A stretch of DNA of 64,000 nt, taken from contig NW_027192215.1 in assembly GCF_041956535.1 (NCBI RefSeq), positions 62,001-126,000 of the forward strand. The letters run 5' to 3'. The notes beneath the pieces were generated by a model. That model did no database searches. It saw only the letters and a program-made list of their open reading frames with translations, and was not told the DNA's origin. This stretch comes from Calcarisporiella thermophila CBS 279.70. Lineage: Eukaryota; Fungi; Calcarisporiellomycota. Of this stretch, positions 37,349 to 49,457 are shown piece after piece. Made by a program: the position numbers and the translations under genes. Within the stretch, counting starts at the first letter, position 1; each line of letters opens with the position of its first letter.

Positions 37349-39556
37349 ATGTGGCAAGTTTTAAAGACACGCTCGGGATCGAGATTTCTGGTAAGGGGCG
37401 GGCACCCACTGCCAAGCTTGACTTTAGTGTTCACCCGAGACGCTATTTTCTGCAAACTAAACCTTTCTAATTCTTTCATATTCTTATTTTCTCATTGGCT
37501 TCATTCTCAAATCACAGAAACACGGCGCCGCCCAAGGTGAGTTTCTCTTCATGTTCCTTTGCCATGTACCCGTGAAGCTATACTGACGCGTCCTATATTG
37601 ACCTAGGCTTCCGCGTTCGCTCATTCCATGCCTCCCCTGCCGCAATGAAGATTATGTCCTCGGAACCCTTGCGTGCTAAGGAAGCCCCAGTAAGCATGCA
37701 ACCTCATTTAGCTCTTCATGTTCATCCCTCTATATTAATGCCTTGCTGTGTAGCCATCGGTATCCAATAAGTACCCCGTTATCGATCATACATACGATGC
37801 TATTGTCGTGGGTGCAGGTGGTGCAGGATTGCGTGCCGCCTTCGGTCTTGCCGAGGCAGGATTCAACACCGCCTGCATCTCAAAACTCTTCCCTACGCGC
37901 TCTCACACAGTTGCCGCCCAGGGCGGAATCAATGCTGCCCTTGGCAACATGACCAAAGATGACTGGCGCTGGCATATGTACGACACGGTCAAGGGTAGCG
38001 ATTGGCTCGGCGATCAGGATGCCATTCACTATATGTGCCGTGAAGCACCTCGAACGGTCATTGAGTTGGAGCACTACGGTGTCCCCTTCTCCAGAACCGA
38101 GGAGGGTAAGATCTATCAGCGCGCTTTCGGTGGTCAGAGCTTGGAGTTCGGAAAGGGCGGCCAGGCTTATCGGTGCGCTGCAGTTGCGGACCGTACGGGA
38201 CACGCCCTGCTCCACACTCTCTATGGGCAATCGCTGCGACACAACACCAACTTCTTCATTGAATTCTTCGCGCTCGATCTCCTGATGGAGGACGGCGAGT
38301 GCCGCGGAGTGATTGCACTGAATCAGGAGGACGGAACCCTCCACCGCTTCCGTGCCCACAAGACTGTGCTTGCGACGGGTGGCTATGGACGTGCGTACTT
38401 CTCGTGCACCTCTGCCCACACTTGCACTGGTGACGGAAACGCTATGGTGGCGCGTGCCGGCCTGCCTCTGCAGGATTTGGAGTTTGTGCAATTCCATCCG
38501 ACCGGCATCTATGGCGCAGGCTGTCTGATCACGGAGGGGGCCCGTGGAGAGGGTGGTTACCTGCTGAACTCGCAGGGCGAACGCTTCATGGAGCGGTATG
38601 CCCCCACTGCCAAGGATCTTGCCTCGAGAGATGTCGTGTCTCGGTCCATGACGATGGAGATCCGCGAGGGTCGCGGAGTGGGCCCTGAGGCCGACCATAT
38701 CTATCTGCAGCTCTCGCATCTTCCGGCCGAGGTTCTTCGCGAGCGTTTGCCAGGAATTTCCGAGACCGCCGCCATTTTTGCGGGCGTTGACGTGACCAAG
38801 GAGCCCATCCCCGTGCTGCCGACCGTGCACTACAACATGGGTGGAATTCCGACGCGGTACACGGGCGAAGTGTTGACGGTGGACGAGAACGGGCAGGACA
38901 AGATTGTGCCTGGGCTGTATGCTGCCGGTGAGGCCGCATGCGTGTCCGTTCATGGCGCCAACCGCCTCGGCGCGAACTCGCTCCTCGACATCGTGGTGTT
39001 CGGCCGCGCCTGCGCACACCACATCCGCGATACGCTCACCCCGGGCACTCCCCACAAGCCTCTGGCCGGAGATGCCGGCGCCGACACGATTGCACGCTTG
39101 GACCAACTCCGCAACGCCGACGGATCCAAGCCCACGGCCGACATCCGCCTCAAGATGCAGAAGGTGATGCAGTCCGATGCCGCCGTGTTCCGCACCCAGG
39201 AATCCCTGGACGAGGGATGCACCCGCATCGACGAGGTGTGGAAGTCCTTCGACGACGTTCGCGTCACCGACCGCTCCATGATCTGGAACTCGGACCTGAT
39301 CGAGACCTGGGAGCTTACCAATCTGTTGACCTGTGCGGTGCAGACGATGTACTCGGCCGCCGCACGAAAGGAGTCCCGCGGTGCACATGCCCGCGAGGAC
39401 TACAAGGAGAGAGACGATGCCAACTGGATGAAGCATACGCTCTCGTGGCAGGATCAGAAGACCGGCGAGGTTAAGCTGGCATATCGCGGCGTCACCTCCG
39501 CAACCCTGGATGAGAACGAGTGCAAGTCGGTTCCCCCCGTGAAGCGTGTCTACTAA
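37349..39556 (+). CDS. SDH1: Succinate dehydrogenase flavoprotein subunit (mitochondrial presequence split over small 5' exons)
   Basis: [55 protein letters not shown]. Confidence 0.98.
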
Positions 39557-40034
39557 GCCGTCCCGCAGCTTAAAAATACACTAATAATAATAAACACCCA
39601 TATCTTCTCGCGCTCTCTCCCCTTTTTTCTCTTTCTCTCCTCTCTCTCTTCCCCACTCTCTTCTATTTTTATTTCTTGGATTCTCTTTTCGTTTTCTCTC
39701 CTCTGCCACAATGTGTTTTTAGAGTTTTTGTGTGCGCGGGTCCTGTTTCAAAATAAACACGATCATGTTCATATCGGTAAGTTGTTGAGGGAAGCCGTCT
39801 GAGTACGAAAAATGGGGGTCAAATTAATTTCGATTTTTCTGATCCAGAAATACGACGAGAGGTTCCCCGTCCTTGAAAATTTGGCAAGTTCTAAAGCACA
39901 ATCCCCCTTCCCATCTTCCTTAGTCTCCCGACCTGCTGAATTCCCTTGCATTGCTTGCATTCTCTTGCATCCCACTTCAAGATTGTCTTCAGCATCGCTA
40001 TTCCCACTAGAAGAGCCAAAGAATTAACTTGACG

Positions 40035-41425
40035 ATGTCCGTCTTTCAGTTTGGCAAATTTGACGGTGTATGTGAGGTAGTCTCTCTTCCTCTCTGCCCC
40101 CTTATCGGGCAACCGTCTCCTGGGACAAATCGTATTGACGGAGTGGAAGCGTAAGTGTTGCTCTAGATCCCGAGTGAGAGAATCGGTTCCGATAGCCCTT
40201 GAGCATTGGAATACGGGATGGGCCTGGACTTACATTCTCCCGATTCCCCCAATTCCCATTTAATTCGCTGGGCTAATCTAGTCTTTCATTACTTTTGCAT
40301 TGCATTTATAGAACATGCTATTCTCGTAATGTAGAACTCGCCAATACTCTCATTTTTCAGCCAGGTAACTATTGGACCTTTGCCGCTCTGAGATGGAACT
40401 TGTTCTGATACAAAATGTATTTGCAAACTTTCTGGAATTCCTCCTTAGCAACTTTGATAATTCACTTCATCTCGCTAATTATGACGTCCATCATGATCTA
40501 CCACATCAAATCAAAATACACGGCTGTCGGTAAGTCCTTGTTCATGTCTTGTTGCACTCCATTTTCGTCTCGCTTATTCTAATTCACTCGGGATCAGGAC
40601 GAAAGGAGATAGTCATGTTCTTCTATTTGTACATGGTAACTTCATTTCTCGAAATGCTGCTCGTTTCTGGCATCATTCCCACGGCCTCCAACGTCTATCC
40701 TGTAAGCTTTTCTCCTTTCTCCTCTTTGGTAATTTAGCTAATTGCTTCTCCTCTCAAGTACTTCACCGCCGTCCACATCGGCCTCATCACAACCACCTTC
40801 TGGCTTCTTATGCTCAACGGATTCGTGGGCTTTCAGTTCGCCGAGGATGGCACTCCCGCATCCCTCTGGTCCCTGCGGCTCACCTCACTCTTCATCTTCT
40901 GTGTGACCACCTTTATCGCCATTGCGACCTTCAACCGAATCGGGCCCTTTAACCCAACCACCCCGACGATTCTATGGCTCATTTTCTTCCCGCTGAATGC
41001 CCTGCTGGTGCTCATCTATGTCGTCAGCCAGGTCGTGCTGGTTGTGAACACCCTGGATGACCGCTGGCCGCTAGGCGATATTAGTTTCGGCGTGGTCTTT
41101 TTCGTCATCGGCCAGGTGACGTTGTTCGCGTTCTCAGTGAGAATCTGCGATGTGGCCAAACACTATATCGATGGGTTCTTCTTTGGGACGATTTGCAACC
41201 TATTAGCGGTGATGATGGTGTACAAGGTAAATCCAATTCTTGCCAGCTCTTGACATGATCCGAATATTGATCCCTGATTTTCTTCATCGCAAGTATTGGG
41301 ATTCGATCACTAAGGAGGATCTGGAGTTCTCCGTGGGCAGCAAACAAAATGTGTGGGAGATCAAGGAGCTCCTGGGGGATGAGGGGCATACGTCGTCACC
41401 CTATTCACAGCAGTATTATTATTGA
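40035..41425 (+). CDS. CHS7: Chitin synthase III export chaperone Chs7 (multi-exon)
   Basis: [68 protein letters not shown]. Confidence 0.95.
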
Positions 41426-42264
41426 GCAAACTGTATTTTGTTACCTTGTCTTCTTTGTATGTGATATTATCGCCCAGTATATATATATATATATTCAAAT
41501 ATATATCTTGCATTGCTCTATTCTTATAGTTTATCTGGTGTCTTTTCCCTATCTTGAACCCTGTGTTTATCCCTCTTAGAAATAAACGTCGGCTTGTACT
41601 CGTTCCTCTTCCCTTTTGCCTCTCAATCCGAATTCGAGCCGCCGCCAAGCTGCAGTAGAGGGAGTACGCCACTTTCGGGAGGGCAGGGAGGGCGAATAGG
41701 ATGGGGGACACGTAGCGGATTATTCGCTGCTTATTTGGAGGGCATTTTGAAAGGGTTGTTTTTGATTTTTTGATTGTTTGATATTTGCTGGTCAACGCGG
41801 GAGCGTGACGTGACGTTTTCTCCACAGTGGGGTTCCGTTTTAATTTCACCTGACAGAGGTTTCGATTGGCAGCCGTCTTTCTATTATTAACGCTTCCATC
41901 TTGGAACAGATCATAGTGTTGCCACCGAAGATTCGCAGCTGCATACAGCGCACCCTAAGCTTGATTTCAGCGCCTTGGTGCGGGAAAGAAAAGAACCCTT
42001 AGGATTCCTGTGCGGGGGGGCTGATTCGAGGAGATCGGTCGATTTGGTTGGTGTGCTAATGGAGATAAAGGGCCAATGCTAAGCCCCCAACCGGTTGCTA
42101 TCACATGCAGAATCCCTTTAAGCTTTCGTTGTGCCCGAACTTAACTAGGTTGACTAAAAGGGAGCCTGAAGAGATTGGCATAAGTTGAGCTAGCACACGC
42201 ACGCCAAATTTCCCTCACCCTCTCCCTGCTTTCCCTCTCATCTATCCTCTGTTTCCCGTCGAGC

Positions 42265-43813
42265 ATGGAAACCATCAAAGCCTACACAAAAGAGTACCTT
42301 GCACGGCAGCAGGAAATCGAATCGCTTCAGCAACGCCTTCTTTCCCACATCCCGGAGCTCGTGCAAAAATTCTCCTTGACCCCAACCCACGCCGAGCGTT
42401 TGCGAGACTATGTTTCCGACCGATTACACATATTTCGCTTCTACAAACGCGCCAAATACGACGAGGATAAGGCTCTAGCCAAACTGCAATCGACCCTCGA
42501 ATGGCGTATCACCGAGCAGATCGACATGATTGGAACGGAAGATCTGCATGTGCTCACGCATGGCCTCTTCTATTTCCACGGAAAGGACAAGATGGGCCGA
42601 CCGATCGGAGTGGTGGATGTGCGGAAGTATGCCAGAATATTGAAGGAAGTGCCCACGGATGAGATTAAGAAGAACATTGTGTTTGGAGCGGAAATGCAGA
42701 GACGAATCACATGGGCATACACGCAAGAGCAGAATCTGGAGGAAGGCGATGTCTTGATATTGCATTGCGTGGCATTGGTGGATCTGAAAGGAGTGGGGGT
42801 GTTTACGCCGGTAAGTGCCTTTGAGCCTCTTTTGCTCTCGCGTGCTCTTCCACGATACCGAAGGTGTCTGTGAGGAGGATGCTGTTTGTTTTTTCTTTGA
42901 CTTTTTCGGTGCCATATTACGAATTTTTCCGAGCGCCTTACTGACCTGATCTATGGTATCTTTCGGATAGGAAATGGATCTGGGGCGCTACTTATTCGAG
43001 GTGTTCTCTCGACATTTTCCCAGCTGCATCGGGACCATCTTCGTGCTTAACTTCAACTGGATGTTCTCCGGAGTGTGGCAGATCATGAAGTCGGTGCTTC
43101 CCGAGGAGGCTCGGAGCCGCATTCGATTCGTCGGCACGGCGGAAATCTACGATTTTATCGACGAGAAAAACCTGCTCGTGTCGATGGGCGGCAAGGACGA
43201 CTACGTGTTTGACTACGCGCGCGACGAGCTCTTGACCCGCTTTGGTAAGAAACCCTACGACCCTGCCGCAGCCGCCGCGGTGAAAGCCAATGGAAATGTG
43301 CCGCTCCGGCCCCCCGAAGAGAAGGAGGCCTTGGTCGTCACCCCTGCATCCGCCGCCTCCGCGACCCTCGAGACGTCGCTCCTTGCCTCGTTTCTCCAGG
43401 AGATCTCGCGGGTTCTCTCGTTTGGCCTCTTCACCTCCTCGCCGTCCCCGCAGATCTCCCCGCGGATCATCGAAACCAAACACGCTCTTTCGGGAAGATA
43501 CTACGCCGTCTCGCCCTACCTCTACAACCGCCAACCCCTCTCCGCCACCCGCCGTCGCCTGCGTACCCTCCTCTTCACCCTGGCCCATATTACCCGCAGC
43601 ACCACCGCTATTGTGCGGCTACTATGGAGACTCTCGTTGCGTGGCTATGGGGCTATTTATTGGATCGCGTTGATGGTGCTCTTCCGCGAGCGTATCCTGG
43701 GCGAGCTGGCGCAGTTCTTCTCCGTGCTTTTGCTCCGAAGTGGAGTATTGGACATGGCCATGCGAAGGCTCTTGAGCAGCAAGTACGACAAGAAGAGAAG
43801 ACAGCTCCGCTAG
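42265..43813 (+). CDS. CRAL-TRIO (Sec14-like) lipid-binding protein with a hydrophobic C-terminal tail (2 exons)
   Basis: RFYKRAKYD..KA...L..TLEWR, GKDKMGRP, LVDLKG, HFP..IG.I.VLN..W.F..VW..MK..L, LLVSMGG. Confidence 0.85.
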
Positions 43814-44191
43814 TTCGCCCCAATGCTTGAACGGGGAGAGCTTTGGAGTGGAATGTGTGTTTTCTTATATTTCATATTACCTCTTTGTATTTAATTTATG
43901 TATTGGTTTTGATTTTTCTTCTTTAGAATGGCGATACTTAGTCTCTCTGCCTTCGCCCTTTTGGTCTTGTTTTATTTCGCGCTCCCATCCTTTTGTTTTT
44001 CAAAGAAAAACTGTATTATTTATCCCCCTCACCCCTCCTCCACTATTTCTACCTAAAGCCCTCTGAAAGCGGATAAAATCAATTTCTTAGAGTCGGGATG
44101 GACTGCCGAGTTTGAGGGAGGGGCTTAGATTTAAAATGATGAAATTCCGTTTCTCTCAATACCAACACCGACTCGATCGGACAGAGTGAAC

Positions 44192-45352
44192 ATGGACGAT
44201 CCAGCAGCAGACACATTGACGCGCCAATCCCTCGACACTCCACGCTCCTCCTTCGATGTCACTTCTGCCGACGATGTCATCATTCCATCCTCTACCGCCG
44301 CGGATCATGATGCTTTACTCTCGCTACTTGTTCAACGCGGCCTCACTCTTTCCTCCTCTCCCTCCGAAGATACTGAGCTCCATGGCTATCTCAATCGTCT
44401 TACATCGCTCTCACTAGAGGCACTCAAAGCAGAGCCTCTGCATTTAAGTGAAAAAATGGAGGACATCCAGAGCAATCTTACGCGCCTTGCATTAGATGAG
44501 CATAAAGCCTTCATCGAGGCGTATGATGCTAGGGTTGAGACGGCTCACGCCTTGGAGCAGATGAACTCGCACGTCCAGGGGGTGATCAAGGACATTCCAT
44601 TGCTAGAAGAGCAGCTGTCCATCTTCTCCAAGGGGGTGGAGAGTATTGTTCGCGAGCGGCGGCGGCTGTCCCTTGTCCTCGAATCTCACTCCGCCCTCCT
44701 CGATATCCTGGAAATCCCGCAGCTGATGGACACTTGCGTGCGCAATGGCTATTATGCTGAAGCTATGGATCTCCATGCACACACCCAGCGTCTCACACTC
44801 CGCTACCCGGGGCCAGTCGTCGCTCGCGTTGCCGAGCAGGTGGCCAACAGCTGTACACGAATGATGGCGCAGCTCGTCACGCTGCTCCAAGAGCCCATCA
44901 AACTCCCAACCTGCATCCGAGTCGTGGGGTACCTTCGCCGCATGGATGTCTTTGCTGAGGACGAGCTGCGTCTGCTCTTCCTCAAATCCAGGGACTCCTA
45001 TCTCAGCGAGGCGCTTTCGAAGCTCAATCCGGAGAAGCGGGACCCAGCACGCTACGTAAAGAAGTACGTGGACACCTTTAGAGAGATATTTTTCGACACG
45101 CTGGCGCAATTTCGCTCACTTTTTGCCGCCGCCGAGGGGGGATGGGTTCTCTCGGACTATGTGACGCGGGGCGTCAGTGAACTGGACCGAATCCTAAGGG
45201 AATGGGTACCTCTGATCAAGGAGAGGGGAGCACTGGCTTCCTTGCACACACAATTGGTGTACTGCGCCGTGTCGCTTGGGCGAGTCGGCGTGGATTTCCG
45301 ATGGTTGGTGGAGGAGATATTTGAGGAAGCAGTGGAGCGGCTAGAGGATTGA
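44192..45352 (+). CDS. COG8: Conserved oligomeric Golgi complex subunit 8 (Dor1 family)
   Basis: LLDILEIPQLMDTCVRNGYYAEA, IRVVGYLRRM, TQLVYCAVSLGRVGVDF. Confidence 0.92.
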   Translation: MDDPAADTLTRQSLDTPRSSFDVTSADDVIIPSSTAADHDALLSLLVQRGLTLSSSPSEDTELHGYLNRLTSLSLEALKAEPLHLSEKMEDIQSNLTRLALDEHKAFIEAYDARVETAHALEQMNSHVQGVIKDIPLLEEQLSIFSKGVESIVRERRRLSLVLESHSALLDILEIPQLMDTCVRNGYYAEAMDLHAHTQRLTLRYPGPVVARVAEQVANSCTRMMAQLVTLLQEPIKLPTCIRVVGYLRRMDVFAEDELRLLFLKSRDSYLSEALSKLNPEKRDPARYVKKYVDTFREIFFDTLAQFRSLFAAAEGGWVLSDYVTRGVSELDRILREWVPLIKERGALASLHTQLVYCAVSLGRVGVDFRWLVEEIFEEAVERLED

Positions 45353-46388
45353 CGAGGGGTTGTCAGGGGAACCGAACATTGGTTGTTTTCATTGTCAATA
45401 TTGTTATGAGCGTACCTGCTTTAGATTTTTCTTGGCTAATTTTGTTGCTATTTCCCGTTTTGCGCTTGCTTTCACCGCTCTTATTGATTTGTTAATATAT
45501 TATCAGAACGATACCATGCCCCCCTCAGGGCTCTCCAGGATTCTCTTCTTGTCGAAATGCTTGGCTCTCCTGATGCACCGGCCCTAGTGGTTATTGCGCG
45601 GTTGCTGTGCAATGCATTCCGCTGGAAACCCATCCAACGCGCATGCATAGCCTCTCTCGCCTGTTTCTCGATTACCCTCGCTTTATTTTGGAGTTTGAGA
45701 CGGGATCTCCACCGTCCGAAGATACCAGGGGAAAAGCAGCCTTTTTCGGATGATGCACGGCATGTGTAGCCATCTTAAAAGTCTCGACGGGTTACACTGC
45801 CTTCGCCCGCCATTGTGCCGCCCTCTCTACACATTACGCCTGAGCATATAATATGCGTAAAGATTATATATATTACAAATCATGAAATACCCTTACGATT
45901 ACAAGATAGCCTTACACCAGCAAGGGGAAGCTGAGCTCGTCAAGCTGGTGTCTTTTGGAGGTGGGGTGCGCTGGGATGAGCGAGAAAGTAGCCCGAAGCA
46001 TCCATGACAATTCCCGTCTTCCAGTCACCATGCAGCCCCTTTACCCGGCCATGATGACGTCTAGCCATCCTCGAGAAACTTCTTTTTCGTATTTGGCGCG
46101 AGTGCACGTGCCTTGGGCTGTCGTCAAGCTTAAGCTAACCCAGCTATTAGACATCCGGATTGAACCCAGAGTCCCAATAGAGCGTGAGTGTAGATTTGTT
46201 TCAGCAACGGCGGCGGGCCCCCCAAAATCAGGAAAAAAACGATGACCAATTTGTCGGGAAAAGTATGGAGATAAAAACTCTAATCATTTCCGCTTACCTC
46301 TTCGGTGCTCCTGCTAACTTATATAAGGCGCGGCCATCATTATAAGGAACACCGGTGCATTCTGCCAATACCCATGCTTTGGAACACA

Positions 46389-47960
46389 ATGAGTGACTTC
46401 TACACGCCAGTCGACACTATCCCCAAAGTAAGGCCTTCGAACATGGCGGCCCCTCTGTTCTTCAGTCGTAGATATTCATCCTTCTCTATTTTGCCACCGC
46501 TCGCTTAGATTGTTGCGGATCTCCATGCCTCGTTCCGGGCCGGAATCGCGTCCCCAATTAGCACTCGTATTTCCCAGCTCAGTGCGCTTGCGAGTCTCAT
46601 TAAGGATAACTACAAAGAGCTGGAGGCGGCGTCTCGAGCTGATTTCAACAAATTTGCCACGGATGCTCTTCTAGTGGTGAAGGACATCAAGTCCATGTGC
46701 GAAAAGCTCGAGGAGTGGACCAAGGAAGAGATCGTGGGGCAAAAGGACGAAGAGACATACGCTTTGCGAAGAGAGCCTAAAGGCGTGGTCCTTGTGATAG
46801 GAGCTTGGAATTACCCGTTCGTACTCTCGCTGGGCCCGTTGGCCGGCGCGATTGCGGCAGGGAACTGCGTTGTCCTAAAGGCGAGTCCACCGCAGCCCAC
46901 TGCGCCCTTGTTTTCTAGCCCTATGCTAACTGTAACCTTAGCCTTCTGAGGTGGCCCCCAAAACTGCCAAGCTCTTGCATGAGCTTCTCTCGCGTTACCT
47001 CGACCCCCGGGTGGTCCAAGTGGTTAGTGGTGGGCCCCGCGAGACCACCGTGCTCCTAGAGCAAAAGTTCGACCACATCTTCTACACCGGCGGCCCCGCG
47101 GTTGGCCGCATCATCTACTCCGCCGCCGCTAAGCATCTGACGCCGGTCACGCTCGAACTAGGCGGCAAATCCCCGTTCATCATCGACTCCGAGGTGGATC
47201 TTGCGGACGCGGCCCAACAACTTGCTTGGGGAAAATTCGAGAATGCAGGCCAGATTTGCATTGCCCCCGACTATGTGCTATGCCCGCAGAGTATGGTGGA
47301 GAGGGTGGTTGCTGAGCTGCGCGGGGCGATCCAGAAGGCGTGGGGAGAGCCTCATCACGACGACGCCGAGAGCAAGTACGCGCGAATTGTGGCCGACCGC
47401 CATTATGACCGCCTGGAGAAGCTAATCCAGTCGACGCGTGGCGACATTGTGATAGGCGGGAAAGTGCTCAACCGTAGCAAGCGATTCATAGAGCCGACCG
47501 TCGTCGTGACCAAGGACGCGGAGGATCCGATCATGCAGGAAGAAATCTTCGGGCCCATCCTCCCGATCGTGCCCGTGCAAAACGTGCAAGAGGCGGTGGA
47601 GTTTGTGCGCAAACATCCGCATCCCCTCGCCGTCTATTGCTTTTCAAACAATGAGAGCACCATCGACTACGTGAAGTCTCGCACGCAGAGCGGCGGTTTC
47701 GTTGCCAACCGGGTGCTAGTGCAATTCTGGTGTGATGCGCTGCCATTCGGGGGAGTGGGAGAGAGTGGAATTGGGAACTATCGGGTAAGTGCCAGCAAGG
47801 CCTAATGCGTTGATTTGACTCTACACTCCTCTTGCTAACCCTCTCCTATCTCCCCTCCCTCCCCCTTTTCTCTTTGCTCTGCTAGGGTGATGGGAAATAC
47901 AGCTTTGAGACCTTCTCCCATTTGCGCTCCGTCCTGGTGCGGAAATCGGCCAAACTATAA
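46389..47960 (+). CDS. ALDH3-family fatty aldehyde dehydrogenase (Hfd1/CarD-like), 4 exons, one GC-AG intron
   Basis: EPKGVVLVIGAWNYP, AIAAGNCVVLK|PSE, FDHIFYTG, LTPVTLELGGKSP, GQICIAPDY, EEIFGPILP, PFGGVGESGIG. Confidence 0.92.
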
Positions 47961-48204
47961 TCATGCGTAGTTCATATCATCTCTTTTTGCTTTATTATCA
48001 ATAAGAAAAATTCTAATACTTCAAAAAGAAAGAGAGAGAAAAAGTGTTTGCAAAGAAGATATGGAGAGATGGGTGAGAAAATACTTCCCATGAATATAAT
48101 GGAGCATAGACAATGGAAGAAGAAAAAAAAAACAACAACAACAGAGACAAGGTAGAATTGGCAGAGAATCTTTGGATGGATGCTACGAAGAGGAAATCTT
48201 TTAT

Positions 48205-48744
48205 TTAGAGCAAAATGGCTGCGCCGACCGCCGCGGCTCCCAACAGCCCGCCCACCTTGAGCGAACTGCCGCTGCCCGCTGGTCTGATGGTGGAGGTGGG
48301 TCTGGTGCTGGTGGTGAAAATGGGGTTGGTCGACAGCGTGGGCAGGGTGGGGATCGACATGGAGCTCGACACGCTAGTGGAGCTGGCGGACTGGGTTTCG
48401 GACGCCGCGGTGATCAGGGACTCCGAGGCGGTGGTCGCACTTGCGGTCGCCGATTCGGACGCGGTGGTGACGAGGGCGGTGACGCCGTCGCTGACGGCGG
48501 AGGTGGCGCTCACGGCGCTGGCGGTGCCAGTGGTCGCGGTGGCGGTTTGCGAGGTTTGTGCTTGAGGGGAGGGGCCCGCGGCAATGAAATACCGCTGAAC
48601 GCAGTCCTGGTAACAGTCTGACACGTCGTCGCCCTTGCAACCCTGGACACAGCTATGCGTCCGCAGAACCGCCTCGAAGTCTTGCGCTTGCACACAAACG
48701 GCGCCGGCAACCAGCAGCGCAACGGTGGTGAGGGAAAGCTTCAT
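48205..48744 (-). CDS. Secreted, probably GPI-anchored Ser/Thr-rich cell-surface protein with a small 4-Cys N-terminal module
   Basis: Signal peptide; CVQGCKGDDVSDCYQDC; S/T/A stalk; hydrophobic tail GGLLGAAAVGAAILL. Confidence 0.85.
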   Translation of the reverse strand: MKLSLTTVALLVAGAVCVQAQDFEAVLRTHSCVQGCKGDDVSDCYQDCVQRYFIAAGPSPQAQTSQTATATTGTASAVSATSAVSDGVTALVTTASESATASATTASESLITAASETQSASSTSVSSSMSIPTLPTLSTNPIFTTSTRPTSTIRPAGSGSSLKVGGLLGAAAVGAAILL

Positions 48745-49457
48745 GATGGAGGATGCTCAATGCACGGTAAAGCCCAAGTGAGAGAAAGAGGTGGTGCAAG
48801 AAGAAAAAAGGCTATATCTGGGGGAGATAAATAGGCCCAAATGAAGGAAAAGCAAACCAAGGGACTAGGAAGCAGAGAGGATACAAATGGCCGGGCGGAA
48901 AGGGGGGCGGGGCGGATGGAAAGCCTTAAATACTCCACGAGAAATGTATAGCATTCCTGGCCTTGGGCTCTCCTCGGTCGGGGGATTCTTGTTGGAGAGG
49001 CGAGGAATATTGGGCCGGATGCATACCAGTTCTCCTTGAAATCCCTAAATTCCAACAGAAATTAAAATGGGAAAGAAAAGGTTAGGCGACCCCCCTCCCC
49101 CATATCAACCAATCGATCCAAAATCGTTACGGGACTTCGGTCTCCATCCTAACGCTGCGATCTTCCCTCCGTCGATGAGCACAGCCGCCCCCCGACCTAG
49201 CCCTTATGGCCAGAACGTGCCAGTCCCACAGGGGGGAGAGGCGGCCATTTGACTTGAGAGGCGCTGCTTGTCGGTGGCTTAGATTGTGGTTTCAAACTCC
49301 TCTTGGTTGGATTCGAAGAGCATTTTTCTCAAGAGATGTCGAAGAGACGAAGTGAATTGGCCGGAGACTCGCCTGTTCTTTCCACTGGAAAATCTCTGTC
49401 GATCCATCTTCTTGCTAGCTTCTAGCCCTCGTGCCTAGACCTTGATTGTTTCAGGAC

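Noticed and set aside
37880-39436. Long antisense ORFs (518 aa opposite SDH1, 399 aa opposite FAA1, others opposite the P450 and WS/DGAT)
   Set aside because: Expected shadows of strong GC3 codon bias in well-conserved sense genes; no motifs of their own.
45353-45780. Apparently short COG8, considered as stop readthrough or a missing exon
   Set aside because: The Dor1 domain is complete, and the downstream sequence is T-rich and UTR-like.
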